Positions 10,447 to 21,190 of a stretch of 64,000 nt of DNA are shown in pieces. The stretch comes from an uncultured Verrucomicrobiae bacterium (GTDB lineage Bacteria; Verrucomicrobiota; Verrucomicrobiia; Limisphaerales; UBA11358). The notes under the pieces were generated by a model. The model saw nothing but the letters and a program-made list of their open reading frames with translations. It was not told the DNA's origin and made no database searches. A program made the translations under genes and the position numbers. Location: NCBI GenBank assembly GCA_963769285.1, contig CAVYLE010000007.1, positions 270,709 through 334,708 on the forward strand, in the 5' to 3' direction. Position 1 is the stretch's first letter. The number at the start of each line of letters is the position of its first letter.

Positions 10447-11019
10447 ATGAGGTGTTTTGGAAAAATCGTTGTTTGTCTTGCGAGCGTGCTGGTGTTGAAC
10501 GCCAGCACGCGTGCGGACGACGATGTGTTGCCGAACAATCCCTATGCGCCGATTGTCGTTCGCAATGTTTTCGGACTGAATCCGGCTCCAACCAATGACC
10601 CAACCGCCACCCCGGCCGAGCCGCCGCCCAAAATCACGCTCAACGGCATCATGTCCATTTTGGGACGATTGCAGGCGTTGTACAAAGTTGCGGGCACCGC
10701 CAAAGCAGGACAACCGCCCAAGGACGAGTCCTACATCCTCGGCGAAGGGCAGCGGCAGGACGAAATTGAAGTCATTCAGATTGATGAAAAAGCCAATCTG
10801 GTGACTTTCAACAATCACGGCACCGTGCAGGAAATTCCCCTGGCCAAGGCCAACGCGTCGGCGGGCAGCACACCAACCTCGGCACAGGGCCGGCCGGGTC
10901 CAAACCGGAATTTTACAGGGCCCAATGGCGAGACCAGTGGCCGAGGGCGTTTGGGCGACGGTCCCGGCAGCGGTCTCGGGCAGCGGTATCGGCATACCAC
11001 GAAATCGCAGCCGGGGTGA
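10447..11019 (+). CDS. Secreted hypothetical protein, possibly with a PilP/GspC-like beta domain
   Basis: Signal peptide (KIVVCLASVLVLNASTRA), then NPYAPIVVRNVFGL...ITLNGIMSILG...YILGEGQRQDEIEVIQIDEKANLVTFNNHG. The domain guess is pattern-based only. The Gly/Pro-rich tail may continue in ORF 10925..11251 after a frameshift. Confidence 0.55.
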   Translation: MRCFGKIVVCLASVLVLNASTRADDDVLPNNPYAPIVVRNVFGLNPAPTNDPTATPAEPPPKITLNGIMSILGRLQALYKVAGTAKAGQPPKDESYILGEGQRQDEIEVIQIDEKANLVTFNNHGTVQEIPLAKANASAGSTPTSAQGRPGPNRNFTGPNGETSGRGRLGDGPGSGLGQRYRHTTKSQPG

Positions 11020-11269
11020 TGGTTCAACGCTTGACATCTGTTCCGACGCGCAGCCGGCTCCACGGCCAATCCGGTCAATCCGGCCAATCCGGCCAACAGC
11101 CGCAAGGATGTTAACGCCCGAAGAACAGGCTATCTTGCTGGAAGCTCAACGCGAACAATGGAAACAACAGGGGAATGCAGCAGCCGCCATCATTCCGCCC
11201 ACGTCACTATCGCCTATGTTAACTCCTGGCGCTGAAAACAGCGTTCAATAACACCGCAGCTCTGCCGGC

Positions 11270-11635
11270 CTACCGGGCGGAGGTTTTGGCGGATTCGATC
11301 AGTTCCCAAAACTTTGGATTTTCCTGCAAGGCCGTGTCCTCGGCGGTATTCAGGCCGGAACGGAACAGAAAATCCTTGAGCGTGTGGCGGCTGAGAATGC
11401 GATGGACGAGCACGCCCAATTCGTGCCGTTCGAAATAAACGCGATAATCACCCACCCGAAAACGATGCAACGTCCGCCCGCCCAGTTCCAATTTGCCGAA
11501 GGCGTCCAATTCAGTGCCGAGCGCCTGCTGGGGGAGTCCGCGGAATTCGCCGAGGATTTGCAATTGCAGTTCCTTGGGCATGCGCGCCAGTTCGGCGGCG
11601 CTGGTTGGAGTAAAGATGATCTGGAACACGTTCAT
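11270..11635 (-). CDS. RelE/ParE-superfamily toxin-like protein with C-terminal extension; no adjacent antitoxin seen
   Basis: LHRFRVGDYRVYFERHELGVLVHRILSRH matches the RelE/ParE core pattern (R-x-G-x-Y-R-h-h-Y ... h-h-x-I-x-x-R). ATG at 11635 (MNVFQIIF...). Confidence 0.55.
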   Translation of the reverse strand: MNVFQIIFTPTSAAELARMPKELQLQILGEFRGLPQQALGTELDAFGKLELGGRTLHRFRVGDYRVYFERHELGVLVHRILSRHTLKDFLFRSGLNTAEDTALQENPKFWELIESAKTSAR

Positions 11636-11826
11636 AATTGGTCGAGCAACGAGGGTCGGGAGACGAGAGCCGAAAGTCAAGCCGCGTAAAGCTTCGATAG
11701 CGGGTCAGATAATTTCTGCAATTTCGGTGGCGGCGAAGACGATCCTCGCGAGCCGGCTCGCAAGAAGCGGAGCGGCTCCAAGCCTCGCCCCACCCAAACA
11801 GGCGATTCCAACTCTAGCCCCGTGAA

Positions 11827-13655
11827 TCAGCGGCCTGCCGAAGCGTTCTTCATTTCCAGTGCGCGAGCAAGGGTGTTGCGGGCTTCGGCGAAATCGGGTT
11901 CCAGGCGGATGGCTTCCTGGATTTGGCTGATGGCCTCGTTGATTTGGCCTTTCCGGCCGAAGGCAGCGCCGAGATTATAATGGGCGTAAACGTAATCGGG
12001 TTTCAGGCGGATGGCCTCCTGGAATTGGCTGATCGCCTCGTCAGTCCGGTTTTTATTAAGGAAGGCGGTGCCGAGGTTGAAGTGGGTGTCGGCAAAATCG
12101 GGTTTCAGGCGGATGGCTTCCTGGAATTGGCGGATGGCCTCGTCGATTTGGCCTTTCTTGTTGAAGGCGGATGCCAAGGTTGTTGTAGGCCTCGGCGTAA
12201 TCAGGTTTCAGACGGATGGCTTCCTGGTATTGGCTGATCGCCTCGTCAATTTGGCCTTTCCGGATGAAGGCAGCGCCGAGATTGTTGTGCACGAGGTAAT
12301 TGTTCTCTGTGACTGCGAGCGCATGCCGAAAAAGGGTTTCACTCGTCCTGCCAATAGCAAAGCTGTTGCCGCGTCAACCCCAGGCACAGGACGATCGCCG
12401 CACAACCCGCCACCGATAACGCCATCACCTGATACCGCCAGCGCCGGGTCAGTTCATACGCACCCCAGATCACCAGGATCAGCACCCCAAGCGATGGAAT
12501 GATAAGTATACCGATCCGCCATCGCCTGATCGCCCACTTGCACCAACCCGATCACGGGCACCAGCGTCCCGACAAACCACAGCCAACCCATCAGCAAAAA
12601 GGGATATCGCCGCCGCAGCACAAAAAGAAACACCGAAATGCCCAAGAGTCAACCCACCCGCCAGCAGCACCTGCTCCAGCGGCCAATACACGGGGTGCGG
12701 ATAGAGAACGGCCAGATCCACCGGCCAGAACAGTTTCCCCAAATAGCGGCAATACGAAATCAGGGCATTCCCGCAGCGCGCCCCCAGCGGCAGGCTTTGC
12801 AACCGCTGCCACAGCACCCCGTGCTGCTGCACCATGAAGGTCACAACGCTCGCCGCCACCACGAGGGCGAAGAACGGGATTTTCTCCCGTCAGCGAGATC
12901 GCCGAGCGTTGAGCGTTGAGCCTTGAGTGTTTGAAGCGCTCCAAGGGCCAGTAATCCAGCAGCAACATGACGAACGGCCACGTCACCAGCATCGGCTTGC
13001 TCATCAAGCCCGAGCGCAAAGAAGACAAACGCTAGGTAATAGAAGAGTCGGAGCGTGAACCGCACTTCCCGGCATGGATGTTGAATGTTGGATGTTGAAT
13101 GTTGGATTTCCTCGTCCTGCCTTCACGTTCTGACACCTGATATGCGTCACGGTCACACTGCGCGTAGCGGGCGTAAGAACAACAACGCCAGCAGCCCGAA
13201 GAACGCGCTCAAGCACATCCTTGCGCTCCGCCACCCAGGCCACCGATTCCACATGCAACGGGTGCAACCCGAACAACGCCGCCACCAACAAGCTCCGCCA
13301 GATCGCACCGGTCAGGCTGCGAAGCAACAGAAAGACCAGAACGGTGTTGAGCGGCGTGCAGCAGCACGCTGGTCAGGTGATGTCCCCAGGGCTTCAAACC
13401 GAACAATTGACAGTCCAACATGTGGGACAACATCGTCAACGGATGCCAATTGGAAGACACCGAATTGAAGAACGCCCATTTCACCCCTCCCAGTTCAAAC
13501 CGCCCTGAACGTGGGGATTCTCAGTGACGTAGACAGTGTCATCGTAGTTGACGAAGTCATAGCGCATCGCCGGCCAGTAAAGGGCAATCGTCAACAGCGC
13601 CAGCAAAACGGCCATCAGCAAGCCGGAAACGCGACTGGCTGACTGGGTTGTTCAT
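11827..13655 (-). pseudogene. TMTC/DUF1736-like GT-C membrane protein + TPR, paralog A, multiply frameshifted
   Basis: Collinear fragments lie in different frames. In order: MNNPVSQSRFR; WHPLTMLSHMLDCQLFGLKPWGHHLTSVLLHA; LRSLTGAIWRSLLVAALFGLHPLHVESVAWVAERKDVL; LMSKPMLVTWPFVMLLLDYWPLERF; ISYCRYLGKLFWPVDLAVLYPHP; LMGWLWFVGTLVPVIGLVQVGDQAMADRYTY; then TPR units ending ...ALEMKNASAGR*. I count at least 8 frame changes. Confidence 0.75.
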
Positions 13656-14039
13656 CAAGGGCGGATTTGGATCAGATCGCGGTCCGCATGCGACTGCCAA
13701 TTTTGATTCGATGAAGCGCAGCGCGCAACTTGAGGATGTGTTGTGCATTGGCCGGAGCGCGGCTGTCCAGCGTTCATCGTGGGCAGCCGGCATCGTTGGC
13801 GCTTTCAACGCAATTTCATCAGCATTCGGCGAAGAATTGGCCGGATGCGCCCGTCCCCGGTGCGCGCAAATCCTCAGCGCCGGACGTGCGCCGAGTTTTA
13901 CGAACCTCGCGCCTGCTCGCGGTTGCTGCAGCCAGGGTACGGCTGCACTCGTATTCGGCGGCTCGCCGCGTACGTTCAGCGTATTCAGCAGGTTGGCATG
14001 AGGTTTAAACTGGCGATTCCAGACGCTTCGCCGGTGAAT

Positions 14040-15743
14040 CAGCGGTCTCGCCGGGGCGTGTCTTGCATTTCCAGAGCGCGAGCGAGGTTGTATTGGGCCT
14101 CGGCGTAATCCGGTTTCAGGCGGATGGCTTCCTGGAATTGGCGGATGGCCTCGTCGATGTTGGCCTTTCCGGCCAAGGGCAGTGCCAAGGTTGTTGTGGG
14201 CGTCGGCGTAATCCGGCTTCAGGCGGATGGCTTCCTGATATTGGCTGATCGCCTCGTCAATTTGGCCTTTCATGCCGAGGGCGAGGCCGAGGTTATAGCG
14301 GGCCTCGGCATAATCCGGTTTCAGGCGGATGGCTTCCTGGAATTGGCTGATGGCCTCGTCGATTTGGCCTTTCTTGCCAAGGGCGGCGCCGAGGTTGAAA
14401 TGCGCGAGGAAATTGTTCTCCGTGACTTCAAGCGCATGCCGGAAAAGGGTTTCACTGTCCTGCCAATACCCGAGTTGTTGCCGCGTCAATGCCAGGCACA
14501 GGACGATCACCGCTACAACCCGCCACCGACAACGCCATCACCTGATACCGCCAGCGCCGGGTCAGTTCGTACACGCCCCAGATCGCGAGGATCAGCACCC
14601 CAAGCGACGGAATATAAGTATACCGATCCGCCATCGCGTGGTCGCCCACCTGCACCAATCCGATCACGGGCACCAGCGTCCCGCACAAACCACAGCCACC
14701 CCATCAGCAAAAACGGATATCGCCGCCGCTGTCACAAAAAGAAACACCGAAATGCCCAGGAGCAACCCACCCGCCAGCAGCACCTCCTCCATCGGCCAAT
14801 GCCCGGGGTGCGGATAGAAAACGGCCAGATCCGTTGGCCAGAACATCTTCCCCAGATAGCGGCAGTACGAAATCAGGGCGTTCCCGCTGCGCGCGCCGAG
14901 CGGACAGGCTTTCAACCGCCGATCAAAGCGCCTCCGCTGCTTCTGCACCACGAAGGTCACGACGCTCGCCACCACCGCGAGGGCAAAGAACGGGATTTTC
15001 TCCCTCACCAATCGCCAGAGCGTTGAGCGTTGCAGAGTTGAGAGTTGAGGGTTCGAAGCGCTCGCAGCGGCCAGTAATCCAGCAGCAACATGACGAACGG
15101 CCACGTCACCAGCATCGGCTTGCTCATCAAGCCCAGCGCGAAAAAGAAAACGCTAGGCAATAGTAGCGTCAGAGGTGCAAGAGTCGGACGTCGGAGAGCT
15201 GACAGCGCTCTTGCCGCTCTCGACTCTGCTCACTCGACATCTGACTCACCGTTCGCGCGTAGCGGGCGTAAAACAGCAGCGCGAGAAGCCCAAAGCAGCG
15301 CGCTCAACACGTCCTTCCGCTCCGCCACCCAGGCCACCGATTCCACATGCAACGGGTGCAACCCAAACAGCGCCGCCACCAACACGCTCCGCCAGAGCGC
15401 ACCGGTCAGGCTGCGCAGCAACAGAAAGACCAGAACGGTGTTGACGGCATGCAGCAACACGCTGGTCAGATGATGGCCCCAGGGCTTCAAACCGAAAAGC
15501 TGGCAGTCCACCATGTGGGACAACACCGTTAACGGATGCCAATATGCTGGCCACAGGGTTGAAGAATGCCCATTTTATGCTTTCCAAGGTCAGTCCGTTT
15601 TGAACGTGAACATTCGAGGTGACGAAAAGATCGTCATCGAGTTGACAAAGTCGTGGGACATCGCCGGCCAGTAGGCAATCAACGTAATGGCACTTAAAAG
15701 GGCGCAAATCAGGAGCAAACGACGTTTGTTGCTGGTGATTCAT
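14040..15743 (-). pseudogene. TMTC/DUF1736-like + TPR, paralog B, multiply frameshifted
   Basis: Same collinear motif series spread over ORFs 15246..15746, 15230..15526, 14664..15104, 14452..14688 and 13557..14510 (the TPR part). Inferred stop TGA at 14040-14042, ATG at 15743. Confidence 0.7.
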
Positions 15744-15748
15744 CAAGA

Positions 15749-17461
15749 TCAGTGGCCCACCGGGGCGTTCTTTATTTCCGAATGCGTGAGCGAAGATTGT
15801 TGTGGGCCTCGACGCAATCTGGTTTCAGGCGGATGGCTTCCTGGAATTGACTGATGGCCTCGTCTATCTGGCCTTTCCTGCCGAGGGCGGTTCCGAGGTT
15901 GTTGTGGGCTTCGGCGTAATCCGGTTTCAGGCGGATGGCTTCCTGGAATTGGCTGATCGCCACGTCGAATAGGCCTTTCTGTCGAGGGCGCCGCCGAGGT
16001 TGTAGTGGGCCTCGGCATAATTCGGTTTCATGCGGATGGCTTCCTGATACTGGCTGATCGCCTCGTCAATCTGGCCTTTCTTGAGGAGGGCGTTACCGAG
16101 GTTGTTGTGCGCGATGTAATTATTCTCCGTGACGGCGAGCGCGTGCCAAAACAGGGCTTCGTTGTCCTTCCAATACGCGAGTTGTTGCCGCGTCAACGCC
16201 GAGGCAGAGGACGATCACCGCTGAACCCGCCACCGACAACACCATCACGTGATAACGCCAGCACCGGGTCAGTTCGTACGCACCCCAGATGACCAGGATC
16301 AGCACCCCAAGCGATGGAATGTAAGTATATCGATCCGCCATCGCCTGATCGCCCACTTGCACCAACCCAATCACGGGCACCAGCGTCCCGACAAGACCAC
16401 AGCCAACCCATCAGCAAAAAGGGATATCGCCGCCGCTGCACAAAAAGAAACACCGAAATGCCGAGAAGCAACCCGCCCGCCAGCAGCACCTGCTCCAGCG
16501 GCCAATGCCCCGGATGTGGATAGAAAACGGCCAGGTCCGTTGGCCAGAACAGTTTTCCGAGATAGCGGCAGTACGAGATCATCGCGTTCCCGCTGCGCGC
16601 GCCGAACGGAAGGTTTTCACCCGCCGCCAAAGCGCCTCCGCTGTTTCTGCACCACAAAGGTCACGACGCTCGCCAGCCACCGCCAGGGCAAAGAACGGCA
16701 GCTTTTCTCCGCAACGCAGCAGCGTCGGTAGAGAGCCGGAATTGCCGGAATGCGCTGAATCGTGAACCGAATTCGCTTGAGCGGCCAGTAATCCAGCAGC
16801 AGCAGGACGAACGGCCAGTGTCACCAGCATCGGCTTGCTCATCAAGCCCAGCGCGAAAAAGAACAACGCGACGCAGATAGTCGAGCGTGATCGAGAGCTC
16901 GAGTGTCGAACTGTCGGACTGTTGGACTTTCGGCTGTTCGACTCTTCGACCCTGATACTTCGGCCACTCATTGCGCGTAGCGCGCGTAAAACATCAGCGC
17001 GAGCAGTCCGAAGAAACGTGCTCAACACGTCCTTGCGCTCCGCCACCCAGGCCACCGATTCCACGTGCAACGGGTGCAGCCCGAACAATGCCGCCACCAG
17101 CAGGCTTCGCCAGACCGCTCCGGTCAGCGCGCAAAGCAGCAGAAAGACCAGAGCCGTGTTGACGGTATGCAGCAGCACACTGGTCAGGTGATGGCCCCAC
17201 GGTTTCAAACCGAACATTTGGCAGTCCAACATGTGGGACAACATCGTTAAGGGATGCCAATTGGCAGCCACTGGATTGAAGAACGCCCATTTTACGTTTT
17301 CCCAGGTCAATCCGGTTTGAACGTGAACATTCGAGGTAACGTAAACATTGTCATCGTAGTTGACGAAGTCATGGCGCAGTCGCCGGCCAGTAGGCAATCA
17401 ACGTGATAGCGCTCAAAAGGGCGCAAATCAGGAGCGAACAACGATGGCCTTTGATATTCAT
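15749..17461 (-). pseudogene. TMTC/DUF1736-like + TPR, paralog C, multiply frameshifted
   Basis: Fragments 16579..17397, 16193..16657, 16120..16380, 15927..16196 and 15772..15963 are collinear with the intact paralog. One example: tggtCttgtcggg here versus tggtttgtcggg in paralog A, a 1-nt insertion that is not in a homopolymer. The stop lies 5 nt from the paralog B ATG. Confidence 0.7.
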
Positions 17462-17591
17462 CAAAGGCAGATTTTGTCAAACCTCTCCCGCGACTGCAAT
17501 TTTGATTCGATAAACGCAGTGCGCAACTGGATACAAACCCCAACTTCGGCCATCGGCTGAAACTGGCGATTCCAACTCTACCACCCGTGAA

Positions 17592-19588
17592 TCAGCGGCC
17601 CGCCGGGGCGTTCTTCATTCCAAGCATGCGATCGAGGTTGTAGTGGGCTTCGGCGTAATCCGGTTTCAGGCGGATGGCTTCCTGATATTGGCTGATCGCC
17701 TCGTCAATTTGGCCTTTCTTGTACGAGAGCGGCGCCGAGGTTGTTGTGGGCCTCGGCGTAATCCGGTTTCAGGCGGATGGCTTCCTGGTATTGGCTGATC
17801 GCCTCGTCGATTTGGCCTTTCCGGTCGAGGGCGATGCCGAGGTTGTAGTGGGCCTCGGCATTATCCGGTTTCAGGCGGATGGCTTCCTGGTATTGGCTGA
17901 TCGCCTCGTCGATTTGGCCTTTCATGCCGAGGGCGATGCCGAGGTTGTAGCGGGCGTCGGCGTAATCCGGTTTCAGGCGGATGGCTTCCTGAAATTGACT
18001 GATCGCCTCGTCGATTTGGCCTTTCTTGCCGAGAGCGGTGCCGAGATTATAGTGGGCCTCGGCGTAATCCGGTTTCAGGCGGATGGCTTCCTGGAATTGG
18101 CTGATCGCCTCGTCGATTTGGCCTTTTTTGTCGAGGGCGGTGCCGAGGTTGTAGTGGGCGTTGGCGTAATCCGGTTTCAGGCGGACGGCTTCCTGGAATT
18201 GGCTGATCGCCTCGTCAATTTGGCCTTTCTTGAGGAAGGCGTTGCCGAGATTGTTGTAGGCCTCGTTGTGATCGGGTTTGAGGCGGATGGTTTCCTGGAA
18301 TTGGCTGATCGCCTCGTCGGTTTGACCTTTCTTATGAAAGACGATACCCAGATTGTTGTGGGCCATCCAGCAATCGGGATTTTTTGCCAGCGTCGTTCGC
18401 CAGAGGGTTTCCATGTCCGTGTACATCCCGGCCTGACGCCAGGTCAGGATGGCGAACACCGGTAGCACGATGGCGGTAAACCCATAAATCACTCCCGGCG
18501 TCCGAAGCCGTTCCGCAGTCCGCACCACCAGAGCCGCCACCAGCGCCATCAGCCCCAGGCTGGACAGGTAAACCCAGTGATCACACACAAACGAGTAACG
18601 CATGAAATACGCGTTCATAAACCCTAGCACCGGAAACAGCGTCCCGACATAAAAGAACAGCGCCGTCACCGGCCCGCGCCCAATGCGCCCCCGCGCCAGC
18701 CAGAGCGTGAAAAGGGTGCCGACGGCCGTCACCGGATAGAGCCATTGCCACCACGACACCGGGATTGGGCTGCCAGCGCGGGTAAACAAAACAGAGATAG
18801 GCCGGCCAGAACAATTTACCGAGGTAAAACCAGAAGACATGGCCGGCAACCAGAAAGCGTTGCGGGAAGGTCAGGGCAAAATCCGGCCCTTGGGCTCCCA
18901 CGTGGTTTTTTTCCAGCCAGGCCGTCACGGCACACAGGCCGAGGGCCAGGGCGAAGAAAGGCAGGGTTGGCAACACATCCTCCCGCCAACGGATTTGTCC
19001 GCGCTGCCACCAGCCAATCAGCAGAATGGCCGCCGGCAGCGAAAAGGCCGTGGTCTTGGCCAGCAGCGCACCCAGAAACAGGAGCAAAGCCAGACCGTAA
19101 AAAAGTGCCGCGTGACGCAGGTGACCGTGACCGGCTCGGGAACCGCGTGCCCTGGCTGCCGGTTCGTGCTCCCCGCTCGCGGGTCATCGGTTACCCACGG
19201 CGCAAACCGTTCGTAAGCCAGGAGTGCGCGAGGTAAAGAGCCAGGGAGAGCACGTTCTTGCGTTCGGTGATCCAGGCGGCGGATTCGACCATGACCGGGT
19301 GGAGGGCGAAGAGGGCCGCGGCCAGCCAGGCGCCGGGCAGATGGAGTCGGAGCAACAGCCGCCAGAAGAGCAGGGCCGCCAGGACGTGCAGCAGAACGTT
19401 CTCCACATGATAGGGCAGCGTCCAGAACTTCCAGAGTTGATAGTCCAGCCAAAAGGTCGTAGCCGAGAGCGGGTAATATTGTTGCACACGGTAGGTCGAA
19501 ACCAGATCAGCCTCAAACCGGATGCGCTTGGAACAGCCCTGACAGTTTCAACGTCCAGAGTTGTCATCCCAGACGAAACGCCGCGCAC
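17592..19588 (-). pseudogene. More divergent PMT/TMTC-like membrane domain + at least 7 TPR units, paralog D, frameshifted
   Basis: ORF 17704..18849 carries the C-terminal TM part plus seven near-identical TPRs. Upstream fragments (18581..19087, 19191..19487) are in other frames. A 1-nt insertion near 17705 cuts off the last TPR and the tail (...MKNAPAGR* in another frame, stop at 17592). Start uncertain. Confidence 0.65.
17640..18330 (-). repeat. Tandem 102-bp DNA repeats encoding 34-aa TPR units ([32 protein letters not shown]..)
   Basis: The string cggcgtaatccggtttcaggcggatggcttcctg recurs with a 102-nt period. Shorter runs of the same unit close paralogs A-C (about 11.83-12.3, 14.04-14.45 and 15.75-16.1 kb). 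Confidence 0.85.
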
Positions 19589-19664
19589 GCGATATTACCG
19601 CGAGCGCTATCTTCTTCACTCCGAGTTACGAAGCGCAGAAGCTCCGCAGCTCCGCAGGGGCTAG

Positions 19665-19685
19665 AATCGCTTAAGCGATATATCG
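19665..19685. promoter_or_regulatory. Two overlapping perfect palindromes (ATCGCTTAAGCGAT and GCGATATATCGC), possible operator
   Basis: Read directly from the sequence. They sit in the AT-rich spacer upstream of the paralog D start and downstream of tRNA-Glu. Function unknown. Confidence 0.25.
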
Positions 19686-20057
19686 CTCTTTCGCAGACGC
19701 ATTGTAAGCTAAGAGCAGCGGTTGGAAGTACAATTGAAGATGATTAACAACGTGGGGAGTGAAGAGATATACAGCGCTTCAATTAATATCAGATGAAGAT
19801 GTGAAGAATCTGATGTTTAGCATTTTAGATATTTTTTGTGGATTTTGGTGTTTTTAGTAATGCGGGAATATTATTTGAATCATTTAGGAGAATGGATGGG
19901 AGCAACGAGCCGCGAACCGGTTTGTCGCCCGACCAGGGTGCGGGATTCCGACCGAAGGTCTTTCTTGCCAAGCACGAGGCCAAGGTTGAAGTGTGCGATG
20001 TTCTGACTGCGCCAGAGTCACTCAACCCTCAACCAACAACTCTCAACCATTTTGGAG

Positions 20058-20132
20058 TGGTAGCGCGTACGGGAATCGAACCCGTCTTTCAGCCTTGAGA
20101 GGGCCGTGTCCTAACCGATAGACGAACACGCC
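20058..20132 (-). tRNA. tRNA-Glu (anticodon CUC), CCA encoded
   Basis: The reverse complement folds as a cloverleaf. Acceptor stem GGCGTGT/ACGCGCT (two G-U pairs), anticodon stem CGGCC/GGCTG with loop CT-CTC-AA, T arm ACGGG-TTCGATT-CCCGT, then discriminator A + CCA. Confidence 0.9.
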
Positions 20133-20396
20133 ATGCAAATCATCGTAGCGGAGCGGCGGCAGGTGTCAATCGCGGGAATGGGCGGGGCGAAAGCCGAAAA
20201 CCGATGGCCGAATCCCGAAAGAAAACCGAAAACCGAATGCCGAACTGCTTCGGGTGAGTTTTCACTATTCGAGCTGGTCCAGACGGCTGGCGGGGTCGCG
20301 CGGGCGGTGCGCCTGCCGACGAGACGTCGGTGCTCCCCGAAACGCGTTTTAACCACGGATTCACACGGATAAACACGGATAAGGCGAGACGCAAAT

Positions 20397-20726
20397 TCAA
20401 TTCAATTCCAACAGCCAGGCAATTTTATCGCGCACGCCCGAAGTTACCCGGGCTTCAAACCGTCCGGCGCGGCGTTCCAACCGGTGATTTTCAACCGAGG
20501 TCAAGCCCTGGACATTCGCCACGCCTTCATCCGCGCCAGGCAACCAGCGCACGCGCGGCAACTTCACTTCATAATCACCACCGCGAATCTGCGTTGTCAA
20601 CGGCACGCACACGCACAGGGCGCGCTCCGCATCCGTATCTTCGCGCGAAACCACCAACAGCGGGCGAAGCTTGCCCTTCAGTCCCAGATCCACCCAATAC
20701 ACTTCACCAGGCTTTGGATTTATCAT
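20397..20726 (-). CDS. mazF: MazF/PemK-family type II toxin
   Basis: MINPKPGEVYWVDLGLKGKLRPLLVVSRED... is a typical MazF N-terminus. It overlaps the upstream antitoxin ORF. Confidence 0.8.
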   Translation of the reverse strand: MINPKPGEVYWVDLGLKGKLRPLLVVSREDTDAERALCVCVPLTTQIRGGDYEVKLPRVRWLPGADEGVANVQGLTSVENHRLERRAGRFEARVTSGVRDKIAWLLELN

Positions 20727-20922
20727 AAAAACTTTCCAGCGTGGCGGCGCGCAGTTCCCAGGCCCCGGCGGGCGATTCCATTTTTTCCGGCACGGTGAAT
20801 TTCGGCGCGGGCATAATCCACCAGCCGCCGTTCTCCGCCGTCACCAGATACTTTGCGCCTTTGCGCGTGCCCCGGATGCAGACGCGGCCCTTGTCATCGG
20901 CTTTGACCAACGTTGTTTCCAT
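20704..20922 (-). CDS. AbrB/SpoVT-fold antitoxin paired with MazF
   Basis: METTLVKADDKGRVCIRGTRKGAKYLV... has the swapped-hairpin pattern. It overlaps the toxin start by 23 nt. Confidence 0.72.
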   Translation of the reverse strand: METTLVKADDKGRVCIRGTRKGAKYLVTAENGGWWIMPAPKFTVPEKMESPAGAWELRAATLESFYDKSKAW

Positions 20923-21190
20923 GTGGGAATATTCCCACCTGCCAGGTCCATTGTCAACGGCTTTTCACGGGATCGGATTCAACGCAAAGGCGCAAAGACG
21001 CCAAGACGCAAGGAAAAACTAAACCCGACTTCCGAAGCTGAAACCGCTAATCTTCGCTCATCACCGCTAATCCCACGAACTTTGGGCGGAAGCAGGCCGG
21101 ACGTTTTCTGTTCTGACGTTGTCGTGGCAAGCCTTTGCCATCAGCGACGATTAGTTCGCAGGGAATCAGCGCGGAGGCGAATTGATAAAT

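Noticed and set aside
14124-15026. Plus-strand ORFs across the TPR/paralog array (e.g. 14124..15026, 17719..18465, 12011..12502) with repeated '[22 protein letters not shown]' units
   Set aside because: They are the antisense translation of the TPR repeats (reverse complement of [21 protein letters not shown]...). The repetitiveness is inherited, not independent coding.
17640-18330. Regularly spaced near-identical repeats that could be mistaken for a CRISPR array
   Set aside because: The period is 102 nt with no unique spacers. The units translate into consecutive 34-aa TPR motifs inside a long ORF. No cas genes or leader are present.
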